NCBI GenBank assembly: GCA_964016885.1
Contig: OZ024741.1
Span: 233,678,001-233,742,000 of the forward strand
Reading direction: 5' to 3'
From: Eledone cirrhosa
Taxonomy: Eukaryota
DNA length: 64,000 nt
Positions 12,049 to 24,249 of the stretch are shown in pieces. The notes beneath the pieces were generated by a model, which worked only from the letters and a program-made list of their open reading frames with translations, was not told the DNA's origin and ran no database searches. The first letter of the stretch is position 1. Every line of letters starts with the position of its first letter. Made by a program: the position numbers and the translations under genes.

Positions 12049-12164
12049 ATATCTGGCTCGTACACATAATTGAGGTCGAATGTTAAGTATATTGAGTCGA
12101 GTTCCGGGTTGCATTTCCTCCATATTTGTTTCTCAAATCATCTCTCGACTGTGTTCATACCATA

Positions 12165-12824
12165 ATGCCCGACAGTAAGCTACGTGGGAATGCGAACAAA
12201 ATTCAACGATGTTGGACACAACTTGTGAGTGACATTAATGATGTGGAGTTAAATGCGATTCTTGATCACTTTTTTGCCAAGAAGCTTATCAGTGCAGAGG
12301 AAATGCATACCGTTCAAGCAGAGAAAGTTATAGAAAAAAAGAATCGGTGTTTTCTACATATACTTTATCGAAAAATGAAATGTGACGATAAATCGAATAA
12401 GTCAGAACAATTTGATGAATTCGTGGCCTGTCTAAAAGAACACGATTTGAATCCTATAGTCGCATGCCTGGAGACAGCTGATAGTTCCCCTATGGCCAAT
12501 GACATAAATAACATCCTTGAAAAGGCTAAAAGTGTAAAACTGAATCAAAAACTTCTTGGTGATATATTACACAATGTCGGTTCCGGCTGGGAGGCTGTTG
12601 CTAACCAATTAGGCGTTACTCAGGTGACAATTGGGAAAGCTAAAGAGGAGGCACCATACAACATATATAAACAGAAATATTCTGTATTTTATTATTGGCT
12701 ACAAAAAGAGGGTTACGAGCCTGATGGATTGAAAAAATTCCTGAGTGCCATCGATGATGTTTCTGATAATTGTGATGTAGACTGGAGTAAAATTCTTGAA
12801 ATTATCGAGAGCAGTAAAAAATGA
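12165..12824 (+). CDS. CARD + death domain adaptor protein (RAIDD/CRADD-like architecture), copy C, 219 aa, intact
   Basis: First ATG at 12165. The N-terminal ~100 aa follow a CARD pattern (LV.DI..ILD.F...LIS.EE..V...K..FL.IL...FDEFV.CL). The C-terminus follows a death-domain pattern (L.DI..VG.GWE.VA.QLG...I...P.....Q.Y.VF..W...L..FL.AI). AATAAA at 13331. Confidence 0.8.
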   Translation: MPDSKLRGNANKIQRCWTQLVSDINDVELNAILDHFFAKKLISAEEMHTVQAEKVIEKKNRCFLHILYRKMKCDDKSNKSEQFDEFVACLKEHDLNPIVACLETADSSPMANDINNILEKAKSVKLNQKLLGDILHNVGSGWEAVANQLGVTQVTIGKAKEEAPYNIYKQKYSVFYYWLQKEGYEPDGLKKFLSAIDDVSDNCDVDWSKILEIIESSKK

Positions 12825-12960
12825 AAAACATAAGGATCTTTTACTCAAAGTTACCTACTGGAAACATAACGCAGGTTTGTGCTGGTTTTAGCTTTACATC
12901 AATATGTTATAGTTTCTTTGATATACATAGCCTTCAATATATGTTCTGAACAATATAATT

Positions 12961-13065
12961 GTTTCTACTTTTTGGCACAAGGCCAGCAATTATCACAGTG
13001 TATTACTGGTACTTCATTTTATCGACCCCGTAAGGATGAAAGGCAAAGTTAACTCGGCGGGTTCT
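12961..13065 (-). mobile_element. SINE 3' fragment specific to unit C
   Basis: Reverse complement of the SINE tail, flanked by a duplicated gttctgaacaatataat. Absent in units B and D. Confidence 0.75.
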
Positions 13066-14260
13066 GAACAATATAATGTTGACTGGAATGCAATGTAACT
13101 ATCGAAAGCTAAGTATTTTTAACTTAAGATTCACTTTTAGTTATACAATCCAGAATTATGGAGTGTTACATCAATATGTTATATTTTGTTTATTATATAC
13201 ATGTATATATCAATATTTGTAAATATTTTACATTTGTATTTTATTATCTCATAATAACTGTGGTAATTTTATTTTTTATTATAACTGCTGATAACTAAAA
13301 CCCACTTATTAATGTTGACTTTGCGTTATTAATAAAGTAGTTCATTATTACTTACAGTAACTATTATAATTGACTCCGTCATGTAATTTTTTATTCATAA
13401 CTCCGACCTGATACTTTTCGATTAATAGTGATAAAACTCAAGAAATATTAACCAGCAACGTTTTTAAGTGAACCTATTATCAGTTTCTCATGACATTTAT
13501 GTACTATGTTAACTTCTAAAGCGAGGGAAGTATAATTATAAAGAAAGCTTCGCAAGTGCTCTCGTTAACGAAAAACTAATTTTCGGCGGTTTTTAACATC
13601 AAATTCAATCAAAACACACTAAAAAAAACGCGAGACGGGTATTATTCTTAAATTAGACCGATATTTTTTTAAAACATTTTACCGCATATATTTTATAATA
13701 GTTTCTTAATTACAGAAGTTCACTCTGTACTAGTGCGTAGAAATTTTAAGAGGTGCATTCCTAAATGCAGTCAAGCTAGTTCGGAGAAGCAGGAAGTATT
13801 ATTATAGCAGTAGAAGACAGAAAATCTGTGCTAAAAGTCGATTCAAGGGAGATCACTTACAGTTTGCTGGCATCCACTAACAACTGCTTGCGAACGTCAA
13901 CAGAATTCAACGATCTTTGCAGCACTTAATCAAAAAGGGAAATGACGTTTTTTGAAAATAGCTATTCCCCTAACTTATGGGCATGGGAATCTGGAGAGAA
14001 AAAAATTGAATTAGACGTTTGCCATAATCCTATCATAGAATGGAAGTAAGGAGGGCTAACACAGCAATATTTGACTGAAACTTAATTTAGGAAATGGAAA
14101 TTGTTGTTGTTTTTAACAGTAATAAATTGTTTTTTTTTGCAAATCATTAGCACCATGCTAAATGAGTAGTTTGGGAGTAGTTGGTTTTTGCAATGGTTGA
14201 AATTGCAACACGATAATTGATTAGTAGTTGAGGTTACAAATAAAATGAACCACATTATTC

Positions 14261-14783
14261 GTCATGAAATATTGTGTACAGTGCTCAGGTGCACTACAAC
14301 TCATCAAAAAGTGTATGTATAGTACATAGGGTAATGTACAAACGTCAGGAAAATGAACAGTGCATGAGTCATGATATACACATAGGTGCATGTGTATGGA
14401 AGGGGTACATCAGGTGTAGTTTTTGGCGAATTTCAGGAAGCATGAGGGTTTTAAAGGATGCAGTGTCTCGGCAGCTAACAACTGACGCAGGCAGTTTGTT
14501 CCATGCTTCAATAACTCTGAGCGTGAAAAAATGTTTACGAAAGTCATGGGCGCTGTACTGTTTTCTGATTTTGTAGGCATGTCCACGTGTGTTAGACACA
14601 CGGAGATCAAAAAGGTGCTCAGGGTTGTTGTTGGCGAGATGGTTAATAACTTTGTGGGTGTTTACCAAGTCCATTGCCAGACGTCGGAGCTTCAATGAAT
14701 CCATGCCCAAGGAAGCAAGGCGTTCAGAGTATGGTAGGTGTCTGATGGAGGGTATGCGCTTGGTTGCACGTCTCTGAACTGTT
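14261..14783 (-). mobile_element. CR1-clade LINE 3' fragment
   Basis: VQRRATK.I..IRHLPYSERL..L....L..RR, TRGH..K and F..RV...WN.LP motifs. Absent at the equivalent site in unit B. Confidence 0.85.
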
Positions 14784-15971
14784 TCATCATAATCATCCAT
14801 TAACGTCGGTTTTCCCTGTAGCAATGCTTGGAAGTGTCTACAATACTCAAGCGAAGCTACTGATTTCTCAGATGAGCCGAGTTCCTGCATCTCCCATACT
14901 TTTCCACATTCATTTTATCGTAAATTGTAACCAAGAAACACTGTTGAAACTCTTGAAAATGATCTCAGTCTACACAAATAGGAAACAAGTGTTGAGAAAG
15001 AATGGGCAAGCCTAAGAAGCACAGAAGAACACTCAAACACCTGAATTTCAACATTCTAGAAATATCAGGACTGGTTTGGTGAACATGAAGGAAAGAATTA
15101 AGAAGCACAAACTTCTTTCTACCTATCAGTGGGACACATCTCATGCACCGAAGAAATTATTATTCATAGAGATACGCCAGAATATGCAAAATCTACTAAG
15201 ACACATCCATGAAAATTAGCTGTAAGAAAAGCTAAAGAAAACCAGCATTATATTGATAGATATTACTGGAAGAGATTATATGTATCATTGAAAGTCTCAA
15301 TTCTTAGGAGCTACACTTCTGAAGTGCTGATTAATCCCCATTTTACACACGTATAAAACACATTTTAGAGAGATGGGCTAAACACTTCAACACAGAAAAT
15401 ATTTTAAATCCCTCATTTAAACGTTTCAATAAAACATATACAACTGGACCACATTCATAAACATAACTAAACCATATTTAATGAAAGGGAGTCATACGTA
15501 CTAGGCGTTCTATAGCTATGTGTAACGAGACCAATATTAAGGTTGAAAAGTTCAGCACAAACAATATAAAAGTTAAAAACGAAACTTCAAACAGTTCTGG
15601 TTTAGTGTTAAACTTTTGAGCCTTTTTCAATAAACATTAGCACAGAACTATGTTACATGTATTCTGAACATGATTGTGTACTGACTTGCTGGCCTTGTGC
15701 CAAAAGTAGAAACAATTATTATGATATATTGCCAGACCTCATATTTTGAGACATTTACTTCCGGCTATATATACGTTCGGAGTTCAAATATCGCCGAGGT
15801 CAACTTCGACTTTCATCGTTCGGGGATCGATATAATCGACTTTCCCCTCTCCGCCAATTCCAGGCCTTGTGCTTAGATTAGAAACTCTTGCTAGCTCTTA
15901 CAAACCAGAATTAGCACAATTTATGTGACATATCAAGAAAACACACAACCATTCAACCGTGTCGTTTAGTT

Positions 15972-16839
15972 GGAATCAGTTAAACAACAAGAATAATTAT
16001 GGTACAGAAAGGGTTAAGTAATCATATTGATGGCCTCCCCACAGCCCCGCTGGACAGGATAGAGAAGGCGTTTCCCTGGCGGATGGTAAGGGAAACGCGC
16101 TGGACGAGCCATTCCAATTCGCGAGGGTCACACCTGCGGCTGGCCAGCTCAACGCCTATGGTGATGAGCAGGGAGGTAGCCCTAGGGCCGAGGACACCAG
16201 AAGTCTCCACTGCCAAGGGTACGACCGCAAACCTGTCGGAGAGCAACCGGTATTTGAACAGCTTGGCCTCCTCAGCCCAACGTGCAGCAGAACCTGGATT
16301 AGTCGCAGACTGCACCAGGTTGTGGCTGGAGAATGTGTCGCTGCAAGTGGCATCCCAGATGAGGGGTGTGCCACCGCGGAACGGGAAGATGGTCATGCCG
16401 TCTGGCCTTTTGCCGTCCCCTCGGTCCAGCCACACGGGCTCGAGCTGGGAAGGGAAGCCTGCAGTGTCCAAGCCATGCTTTATGACCTCGTTGAGGGCAG
16501 CATGGCGTGGAAGCCGGCCGGCACTGTGGCGACAGGAAAGCGGGTGGAGGCCCAAAGAGTCCACGGTGGATCCACAGCGACATTGGTGTGGCTCGCAGAT
16601 CCGGAGGCCAAGCCTCAAGGAAACGCCGGTGCGCAGGCTATTGTTATCCAGCTGCGTACCAGTGGAGAAGGAGGGAAGGGCATGGAGCCAGGCACCATTG
16701 TGGGGTTTGGATGCCGCACGACAACAGGTAAGGTGGTGCTACTCCAGCTGGGGGGTGAGCCTGTCTGAGGCCAGTCTGCACAGGATGCCATCCCAAATGC
16801 TGTGGGAGGACTTGATGTCAGTGGGGGGAAGGAGGAGGG
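15972..16839 (-). mobile_element. CRE-clade non-LTR retrotransposon 3' fragment (zinc knuckle + RLE), open frame
   Basis: 198-aa ORF 16022-16618 with CRCG..D..G.H..SC, KRPDG, WDAT and AEEAK..KY, the PD-(D/E)xK nuclease signature of RLE elements. Confidence 0.85.
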
Positions 16840-16955
16840 ATATCTGGCTCGTACACATAATTGAGGTCGAATGTTAAGTATATTGAGTCGAGTTCCGGGT
16901 TACATTTCCTCCATATTTGTTTCTCAAATCATCTCTCGACTGTGTTCATACCATA

Positions 16956-17615
16956 ATGCCCGACAGTAAGCTACGTGGGAATGCGAACAAAATTCAACGA
17001 TGTTGGACACAACTTGTGAGTGACATTAATGATGTGGAGTTAAATGCGATTCTTGATCACTTTTTTGCCAAGAAGCTTATCAGTGCAGAGGAAATGCATA
17101 CCGTTCAAGCAGAGAAAGTTATAGAAAAAAAGAATCGGTGTTTTCTACATATCCTTCATCGAAAAATGAAACATGACGATAAATCGAATAAGTCAAAACA
17201 ATTTCATGAATTCGTGGCCTGTCTAAGAGAACTCGATTTGAATCCTATAGTCGCATGCCTGGAGACAGCTGATAGTTCACCTATGACCAATGACATAAAT
17301 AACATCCTTGAAAAGGCTAAAAGTGTAAAACTGAATGAAAAACTTCTTGGTGGTATTTTACACAATGTCGGTTCCGGCTGGGAGGCTGTTGCTAACCAAT
17401 TAGGCGTTACTCAGGTGACAATTGGGAAATCTAAAGAGAACGCACCAAACAACAGAGATAAACAGATATATTTTGTATTTTATTATTGGCTACAAAAAGA
17501 GGGTTGCGAGCCTGATGGATTGAAAAAACTCCTGAGTGCCATCGATGATGTTTCTGATAATTGTGATGTAGACTGGAGTAAAATGCTTGAAATTATCGAG
17601 AACAGTAAAAAATGA
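16956..17615 (+). CDS. CARD + death domain adaptor protein (RAIDD/CRADD-like architecture), copy D, 219 aa, intact
   Basis: Paralog of 12165-12824 with 20 amino-acid differences. AATAAA at 18021. Confidence 0.8.
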   Translation: MPDSKLRGNANKIQRCWTQLVSDINDVELNAILDHFFAKKLISAEEMHTVQAEKVIEKKNRCFLHILHRKMKHDDKSNKSKQFHEFVACLRELDLNPIVACLETADSSPMTNDINNILEKAKSVKLNEKLLGGILHNVGSGWEAVANQLGVTQVTIGKSKENAPNNRDKQIYFVFYYWLQKEGCEPDGLKKLLSAIDDVSDNCDVDWSKMLEIIENSKK

Positions 17616-19039
17616 AAAACATAAGGATCTTTTACTCAAAGTTACCTATTGAAAACATAACGCAGGTTTGTGGTGGTGTTAGCTTTACATCAATATGTTA
17701 TAGTTTCTTTTATATACATGTATGTACCTATCAATAGCCTTCAACATATGTTCTGAACAATATAATGTTGACTGGAATGCAATGGCACTAACGAAATCTA
17801 AGGATTTTTAACTTAAGATTCACTGTTAGTTATACAATCCAGAATTATGGAGTGTTGACGTTACATCAATATGTTATATTTTTTTATTATATACATGTAT
17901 ATATCAATATTTGTAAGTATTTTACCTTCATATTTCATAATAACTGGTAATTTTATTTTTTATTATAACTGCTGATAACTAAAACTAAAACCCACTTATT
18001 AATGTTGACTTTGCGTTATGAATAAAGTAGTTCATTATTACTTACAGTAACTATTATAATTGACTCCGGAATGTAATTTTTTATTCATAACTCCGACCTG
18101 ATACTTTTCGATTAATAGTGATAAAACTCAAGAAATATTAACCAGCAACGTTTTTAAGTGAACCTATTATCAGTTTCTCATGACATTTATGTACTATGTT
18201 AACTTCTAAAGCGAGGGAAGTATAATTATAAAGAAAGCTTCGCAAGTGCTCTCGTTAACGAACAACTAATTTTCGGCGGTTTTTAACATCAAATTCAATC
18301 AAAACACACTAAAAAAAAACTTAGAAAAAACAAAATTCTCTACAAACGCGAGACGGGTATTATTGTTAAATTAGACCGATATTTTTTTTTTTTATGTTTT
18401 ACTGCATATATTTTATAATAGTTTCTTAATTGCAGAAGTTCACTCTGTGCTAGTGCGTAGAAATTTTAAGAGGTGCATTCCTAAACGCAGTCAAGCTAGT
18501 TCGGAGAACCTGGCTTTCATCCTTACGGGGTCGATAAAATAAAGCACTGGGGTAATTTCTGGCCTTGTGCCAAAAGTAGAAACAATTATTATAGCAGTAG
18601 AAGGGAGAAAATCTGCGCTAAAAGTTGATTCAAGGGAGATCACTTACAGTTTTCTGGCATCCACTAACATACAGCTGCTTGCGAATGTCAACACAATTCA
18701 ACGATCTTTGCAGCAATTAATCTAAAAGGGAAATAACGTTTTTTGAAAATAATTATTCTCCTAACTTATGGACAGGGTCCACTGTCATAAGAGATATGTA
18801 GTAGTCATATAATAATTCATAGAGATACGCCAGAATATGCAGAATCTACTAAGACACATCCATGAAAATTAGCTGTAAGAAAAGCTAAAGAAAACCAGCA
18901 TTATATTGATGGATATTACTGGAAGAGGTTATATGTATCATTGAAAGTCTCAATTCTTAGCAACTACACTTCGTAGGTGCTGATTAATCAACATTTTATA
19001 CATATAAAACACATTTCAGAGAGATTGGCTAAATACTTC

Positions 19040-19510
19040 AACACAGTCCTGAACCATCCATCAACAATAAATGTTTAATCTTTCAACTGGACCAAGTCAA
19101 AACAAACTTTCAGCTAAACAATCATACTGCAGTAGTAGCATACTAGCAAAAACTACTAAGCAACTGACCTGCAGCAGAAATTTACAAAATAGAGGCCTCC
19201 ATTCTACATTAGAGGTTGACAGAATTATTCCAATATCTCTAGAACTAAGGTAAGCCCCCATGGGAATTCAAAGACACATTGTTGGTCAATATCTACAAGT
19301 GCAAAAGGAACAGGGAGTCATGTGATAACCACTGGGGCCTCTCTGCTGTTCTTTGCTGGGAAGATCCTTACCAGAGTTCTTTTGAACCACCTCATCAAAT
19401 AGTTTGAGACTTCTCTGTTCTCAGAAATACAATACAGTTTCCACGTAGGGCATGGCATTGTAGATATGGTATTCACCTTTATTGCCAGATATCATGATGA
19501 TACGATAGTT
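19040..19510 (+). mobile_element. Degenerate LINE reverse transcriptase fragment (RTE/BovB-like)
   Basis: Decayed GKILTRVLLNHL...SEIQYSF..GHG.VDMVFT. Confidence 0.55.
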
Positions 19511-20192
19511 AATGTCCTTGATACTTCTTATGATGTTTTAGTTTATGCTAATGTAAACATACCAAAATTATTGGATCCACTAGAGTGTTTCAGCCAACTA
19601 CTACTATAAAGTATCCAGTATGACGTTCTAATTTGTCAGAACTTTTAACTAAAAGTTTGAAAGGGAAAAATTGTGTGAAAAATGTTTAGTTATTTTGTAA
19701 TTAATTTATACACTTCTGACACAATTTTGAGGTTTATCTTTTCGTTGATGACTGATTTTCTAGTTTTTCAATTAGGAATAGAATAAAGGAAGTAAATTTG
19801 AGCATGAGTTTAAGTTAATCCAGACAATTGAATATGAACTCAATGTAAACATTTCCATGGACAATCTTTGATTAAGAGATTCAACATTTGTGATGACTGG
19901 AGAAAAATGGAAGTACTGACTATGTTTACTATGGAGTTTTGTAGAACTGAATGACACATCAGGTGTACAGTTACCATGGACCAATCAGAATGCCCCAACA
20001 GATCGTACTTTATTTTTAGTAAGTATATATTTAAACAAAAACTGATATATTTAAAGGTTTTTGATTTTTGTTAATGCACAAATATCTCACCCATTATTCA
20101 AGATAGATCCATCAAATATTTTGTAATTACATTCAGAATTCACATGAACAAAGTGTAATTATCAACTACCCAAGTGTATTTTTGCCTCAGTT

Positions 20193-20630
20193 TCTATTGC
20201 TGGATGGCCTTCCTAACACCAACCACATTTACAGGGTGGAGTGTGCAGTTATTGTTGTCTCATGTCACTAACATGACCACTCTATAGGGTGGACTGGGTA
20301 CTATTGTTGTGTCACCATCACAACAACCACCACCACTTTAGAAGGCTGAGTAGGTGCTCTTTGTCATGTCACCAACTTGAGTGCTCATCAGAGCAGTTCG
20401 GGTGCTATCTGTCTTGCCACTAACATGACTTTTCAAAATGAGCTGGGTACCTTCTGTCATGTCCCCAACATGACCACCTCACAGGGTGGACTGATTACTT
20501 ATTTCTCATGTCACCAGCACAACTACCTTGCAGGGAAGGTTAGCTGCTGTTTTGTCATAACACCTGCATGACAACCTTACTGAGGGTGGACTCAGGGCTT
20601 TTAGCCAATTCAGCAGCATTGTGGGAGAGC
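20193..20630 (-). repeat. Array of ~45-bp repeats attached to an RTE 3' tail sequence
   Basis: Unit approximately ttacagggtggactgggtgcttttttgtcatgtcaccagcatgacc. Begins with the reverse complement of the RTE tail (tggttggtgttaggaagg.catccagc). Confidence 0.75.
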
Positions 20631-21699
20631 ATGTTAAGCGCTCTATACTTGTCTACATTGGTTGGTCAAGAGAGGTGAATCAGATGTTGAAAATGGTGTT
20701 GGGGGTGTGTATGTAGGGTGTGGATTGGAGAGGTAGGTCAGTGTGGAGTACTTAGCTGGAAGTGGGTGGGTATCAACTACCCAAGTGTAACAAGTATTAA
20801 TAGAGGAAAGAGCAATAAACAGTAAACACATGAGTTACAATTACCTTCCTTCAAAAAATGGCCTTCAATGCATCAAGATACCTATCAAGAGTAAAGACCC
20901 CCTTTGATCATAAATGACTATTGTTTTTGCAACTAGAAAGTTCCCCTCTGAGGCACAAACCTAGGCAAGGTGTTTTCTGTGGAAGATCAGCAGTCACCCA
21001 TGCATGCCAGTCTCCCCTCTCCATGCCACCAATGTTGTTCAAAGGAGAGGCAAATAAAATAGCTATATATTTACCATCATAATAATCATAATATTATTAT
21101 TATTATTTTTCAATTTCCACTTGAAAAGGGAGGTGAGGGTGGAAAGGGATGTGCTCCTTTTCAGTACATTTACCAATGGGTGGTTGAAAGTAGCAAAAAT
21201 GATAAAAGTTAATGGGACTACTCTCAGCTTATGCCTGTATGTTGAACAATGATAGTTGGAGGAGGGCACTCACCCCTGGAGGTCAAAGCAATTGTAGATT
21301 TGTGGTGTTCTTCAATTAGCCTTAGGTATTCAGCTCTCTATAACAGGAGGACTGAATGCCTCATATAATTGTCCACTATATATATATCCAACTTGTATAC
21401 TATGTATACATGTCGGCCACACTTTTTTCCTTCTTATTTCTATGTAAACCCCCACTTTAATGTTATAACCTGTCTTTCTATTGTCTTCTCCATCTGATGC
21501 CTGTCTGACAAATAAAAGAAATCATCATCATTTTATTATGAGCAAGACATGGTCACCTGACCAAGCATTGCCCACAATAGGAAAACTTGTCTAACCCATG
21601 CTAGCATGGAAAAATGAACATAAAACGGTGATAATGATGATGATGGTGATAATTTGAAACTTCCTTTGAATTCAGCTTCTTTCCTAAATCATGCCATGC

Positions 21700-24184
21700 G
21701 TCAACCTGACACTTGAGGCAAAATTTGACAATATACACATTTTACAATCAATTGTCTTCTACTCGATGCCTATGACAGTAAAGAAGAACAGATAGAGACA
21801 TTCAATGTAGAAGAGCACTGGGAGTTCCTAAAAAATAACTTACTAAAGGCATTGGACGAGATCTGTGGTTGGAGAAAGTCCACAGGGAGGAGGAGAGTAA
21901 CTTGGTGGTGGAATAATAAGGTAAATGAGGCAGTTAAAGCTAAGAGACAGGCATGGAAAGAATGGAAGAACGGGGGAAGCAGTGCACATTACATAGAGAT
22001 CAGGTGGGAAGCTGGCGACAAGTATACTTAACTAGAATGGAAGCGGAGGATAGAAAATTCAAGCATGTTTTGCAATGTGAAGACCTGAAACAGGTGTTCA
22101 AGATTGCGGGGCAGTGTGTCAGAGACGATTGTGATGTCATTGAAGAGAAGTGTATCCGGAATGTAAAGATGAGCTTACCCTCACAAGTGCTGAGAAGAAA
22201 GCGGCATAAAAGAGACATTATGAAAGATTACTAAATGAGGAGAATGCATGGGGAAAAGAGACCCTACCCCAAGTGGACCCTATAGAGGAGCCAGCAGTAC
22301 AAGTCAGCAGCAGCATAGTAAGTAAGGCAATCAAAGATATGAAGACAGGGAAGGCAGCCGGTCCATCGGGTATAGCTGCCGAGATGCTGAAGGCATCTGA
22401 GTCAGTAGGTCAGACCATAACCACACAAATTGTTAACCAAGTAATACTAGAGGGTATCATACGAAAGGATTGGCGCAGCAGCATCATTGTCAACTGCTAC
22501 AAGGGTAAAGGTGATGCACTAGATAGAGGAAACTATAGAGGTATAAAGCTGAAGGACCAGATCATGAAAGTAATGGAAAGAGTTATAGCACAGTTGATTA
22601 GGGACCAGGTAAAACTAGATGAGATGCAATTTGGGTTTGTACCAGGAAAAGGTACCACTGATGCCCTCTTCCTTGAGAGGCAGTTACAAAAAAAGTACCG
22701 AACTAAAAGTAAGTCGCTCTACCTGGCATTCGTCGATCTGGAAAAAGCCTTCAACAGTCCCCTGTGGTATAATCTGGTGGGCTCTTAGAAAATTAGGAGT
22801 AGATGAATGGCTTGTGAAAGCTGTACAAGCCATGTATAGAGGAGCAGTCAGCAAAGTTAGGGTTGGCAATGACTATAGCGAGAAATTTAGCATACAGGTC
22901 GGTGTCCACCAGGGCTGTTCTTAGCCCTCTCCTGTTCATTATAGTTTTGCAGGCAATAATGGAGGAGTTTAAGCCTGGATGCCCCTGGGAACTCCTGTAT
23001 GCAGATGATCTCGCATTTATAGCTGAATCTATGGTGGAACCAGAGAAGAAATTCGAAGCATGGAAGCAGGGACTAGAAAGAAAGGGTCTCAAAGTCAACC
23101 TGACAAAGACTAAGGTTCTTGTAAGTAGACAAGAAAACAGAACCCAGATATCCTCATGGAAATGGCCTTGTTCAGTATGTAGGAAAGGTGTAGGTAGGAA
23201 CTCCATCCTCTGCCCCAAATGCAAACAATGCGTACACAAGAGATGTAGTGGGATCTCAGGAAGCTTAATTAAGAATGTAGGTTTCATATGTAGCAGTGCG
23301 CTAGGACAGCAAGCAGCAAACGGCCACAGGAAACAAGCACCACCAAACTCTGGGAGGGCTCTGTAGAAACAGTAGACAGCTCTGCTACCTAGGTGACCGA
23401 ATTAGCAGCGGAGGTGGGTGTTTGGAAAGTACAAAAACTAGGGTAAGAACGTGATGCTAGCTGCTAAAGGCTTTTCCCTCAAAATGAAAGGCAGACTATA
23501 TGATGCGTGTATACAAACAGCAATGTTACATGGTAGTGAGACCCAGGCGCTCTCTGTAGAAAACTTGTGCAGATTAGAAAGAAACGAAGCTTACATGCTC
23601 CGATGGATGTGTAATAGTAATATATGCGAACGGCAAAGCAGAAACGAATTGAGAGAGAGAGACTGAGCATAAGAGGAATCAAATGCTGTGTGCAGTAGAG
23701 GAGGTTGCGTTGGTATGGACATGTGATGCGTATGAATGAGGACAGCTGCATAAAAAGCTGCAGAGCACATGAAGCCATGGAGTGCACCTCTCAAGGGCGA
23801 TGGCACATGACTGTGGCCTCTGGCATCGCGCTGTAATACAGAAGACCCGACTTCCCATGTGTACAAGCCGAAGCTGAAGCATATAGTCAATATGCCCCCA
23901 CCCCCTCCCACTGCAAAGTGGCCCTGCAGGTGCCACGGCAAAAAAGCACCCAGCCTACGCTGTAAAGTGGACGTGTAGGCGCCACGGAAAAAAGCACCCA
24001 GCACTCACTGTAAATGAGGTTGGTGTTAGGAAGGGCATCCAGCTGTAGAAATCAAGCCAGAATCAGTTCCCGTATGAGCAAGTCACGGTCAGCTGACTGG
24101 ACACTGCCCACAACAGGACAACCCATCTAACCCATGCTAGCATGGAAGAGCGGACGTAAAACAGTGATGATGATGATGATGATG
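21700..24184 (+). mobile_element. RTE-clade LINE, 5'-truncated and frameshifted, (GAT)n tail
   Basis: RT motifs NYRGIKL, QFGFVPG, AFVDLEKAF, GVHQG and LLYADD. Zinc finger CSVC..C.KC..VHKRC. (GAT)n at 24165-24184. Confidence 0.92.
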
Positions 24185-24249
24185 TTTTACAGATGATGTC
24201 ACAAGGGCACAAACATCAGTTAAAGTCTTTGTAAGCTTTTTAAATTGAT

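Larger units (their letters stand above)
7240..19045 (+). repeat. Tandem segmental triplication (unit about 4.6-4.8 kb) carrying CARD-DD copies B, C and D
   Basis: Stop codons at 8220, 12824 and 17615. Copy C and D starts are 4791 bp apart. Flanking non-coding DNA is near-identical. The third unit is internally deleted and ends near 19045. Confidence 0.92.

Noticed and set aside
12126-12164. 13-aa N-terminal extension of the CARD-DD ORFs from a TTG start (also 16917)
   Set aside because: Eukaryotic context. The first ATG (12165, 16956) aligns with the starts of copies A and B.
12745-12785. DxxD caspase-site-like motifs at the CARD-DD C-terminus (DVSD, DNCD)
   Set aside because: Short motifs expected by chance in an acidic stretch; no independent support.
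14369-14890. 173-aa minus-strand ORF as a host gene
   Set aside because: Chance fusion of flanking sequence with a CR1 3' fragment absent from the paralogous unit.
15999-16877. 292-aa plus-strand ORF (and the 229-aa ORF at 11215-11904) just upstream of the CARD-DD genes
   Set aside because: Antisense shadow of the GC-rich CRE endonuclease fragment. No recognisable domain, and the two copies differ by indels.
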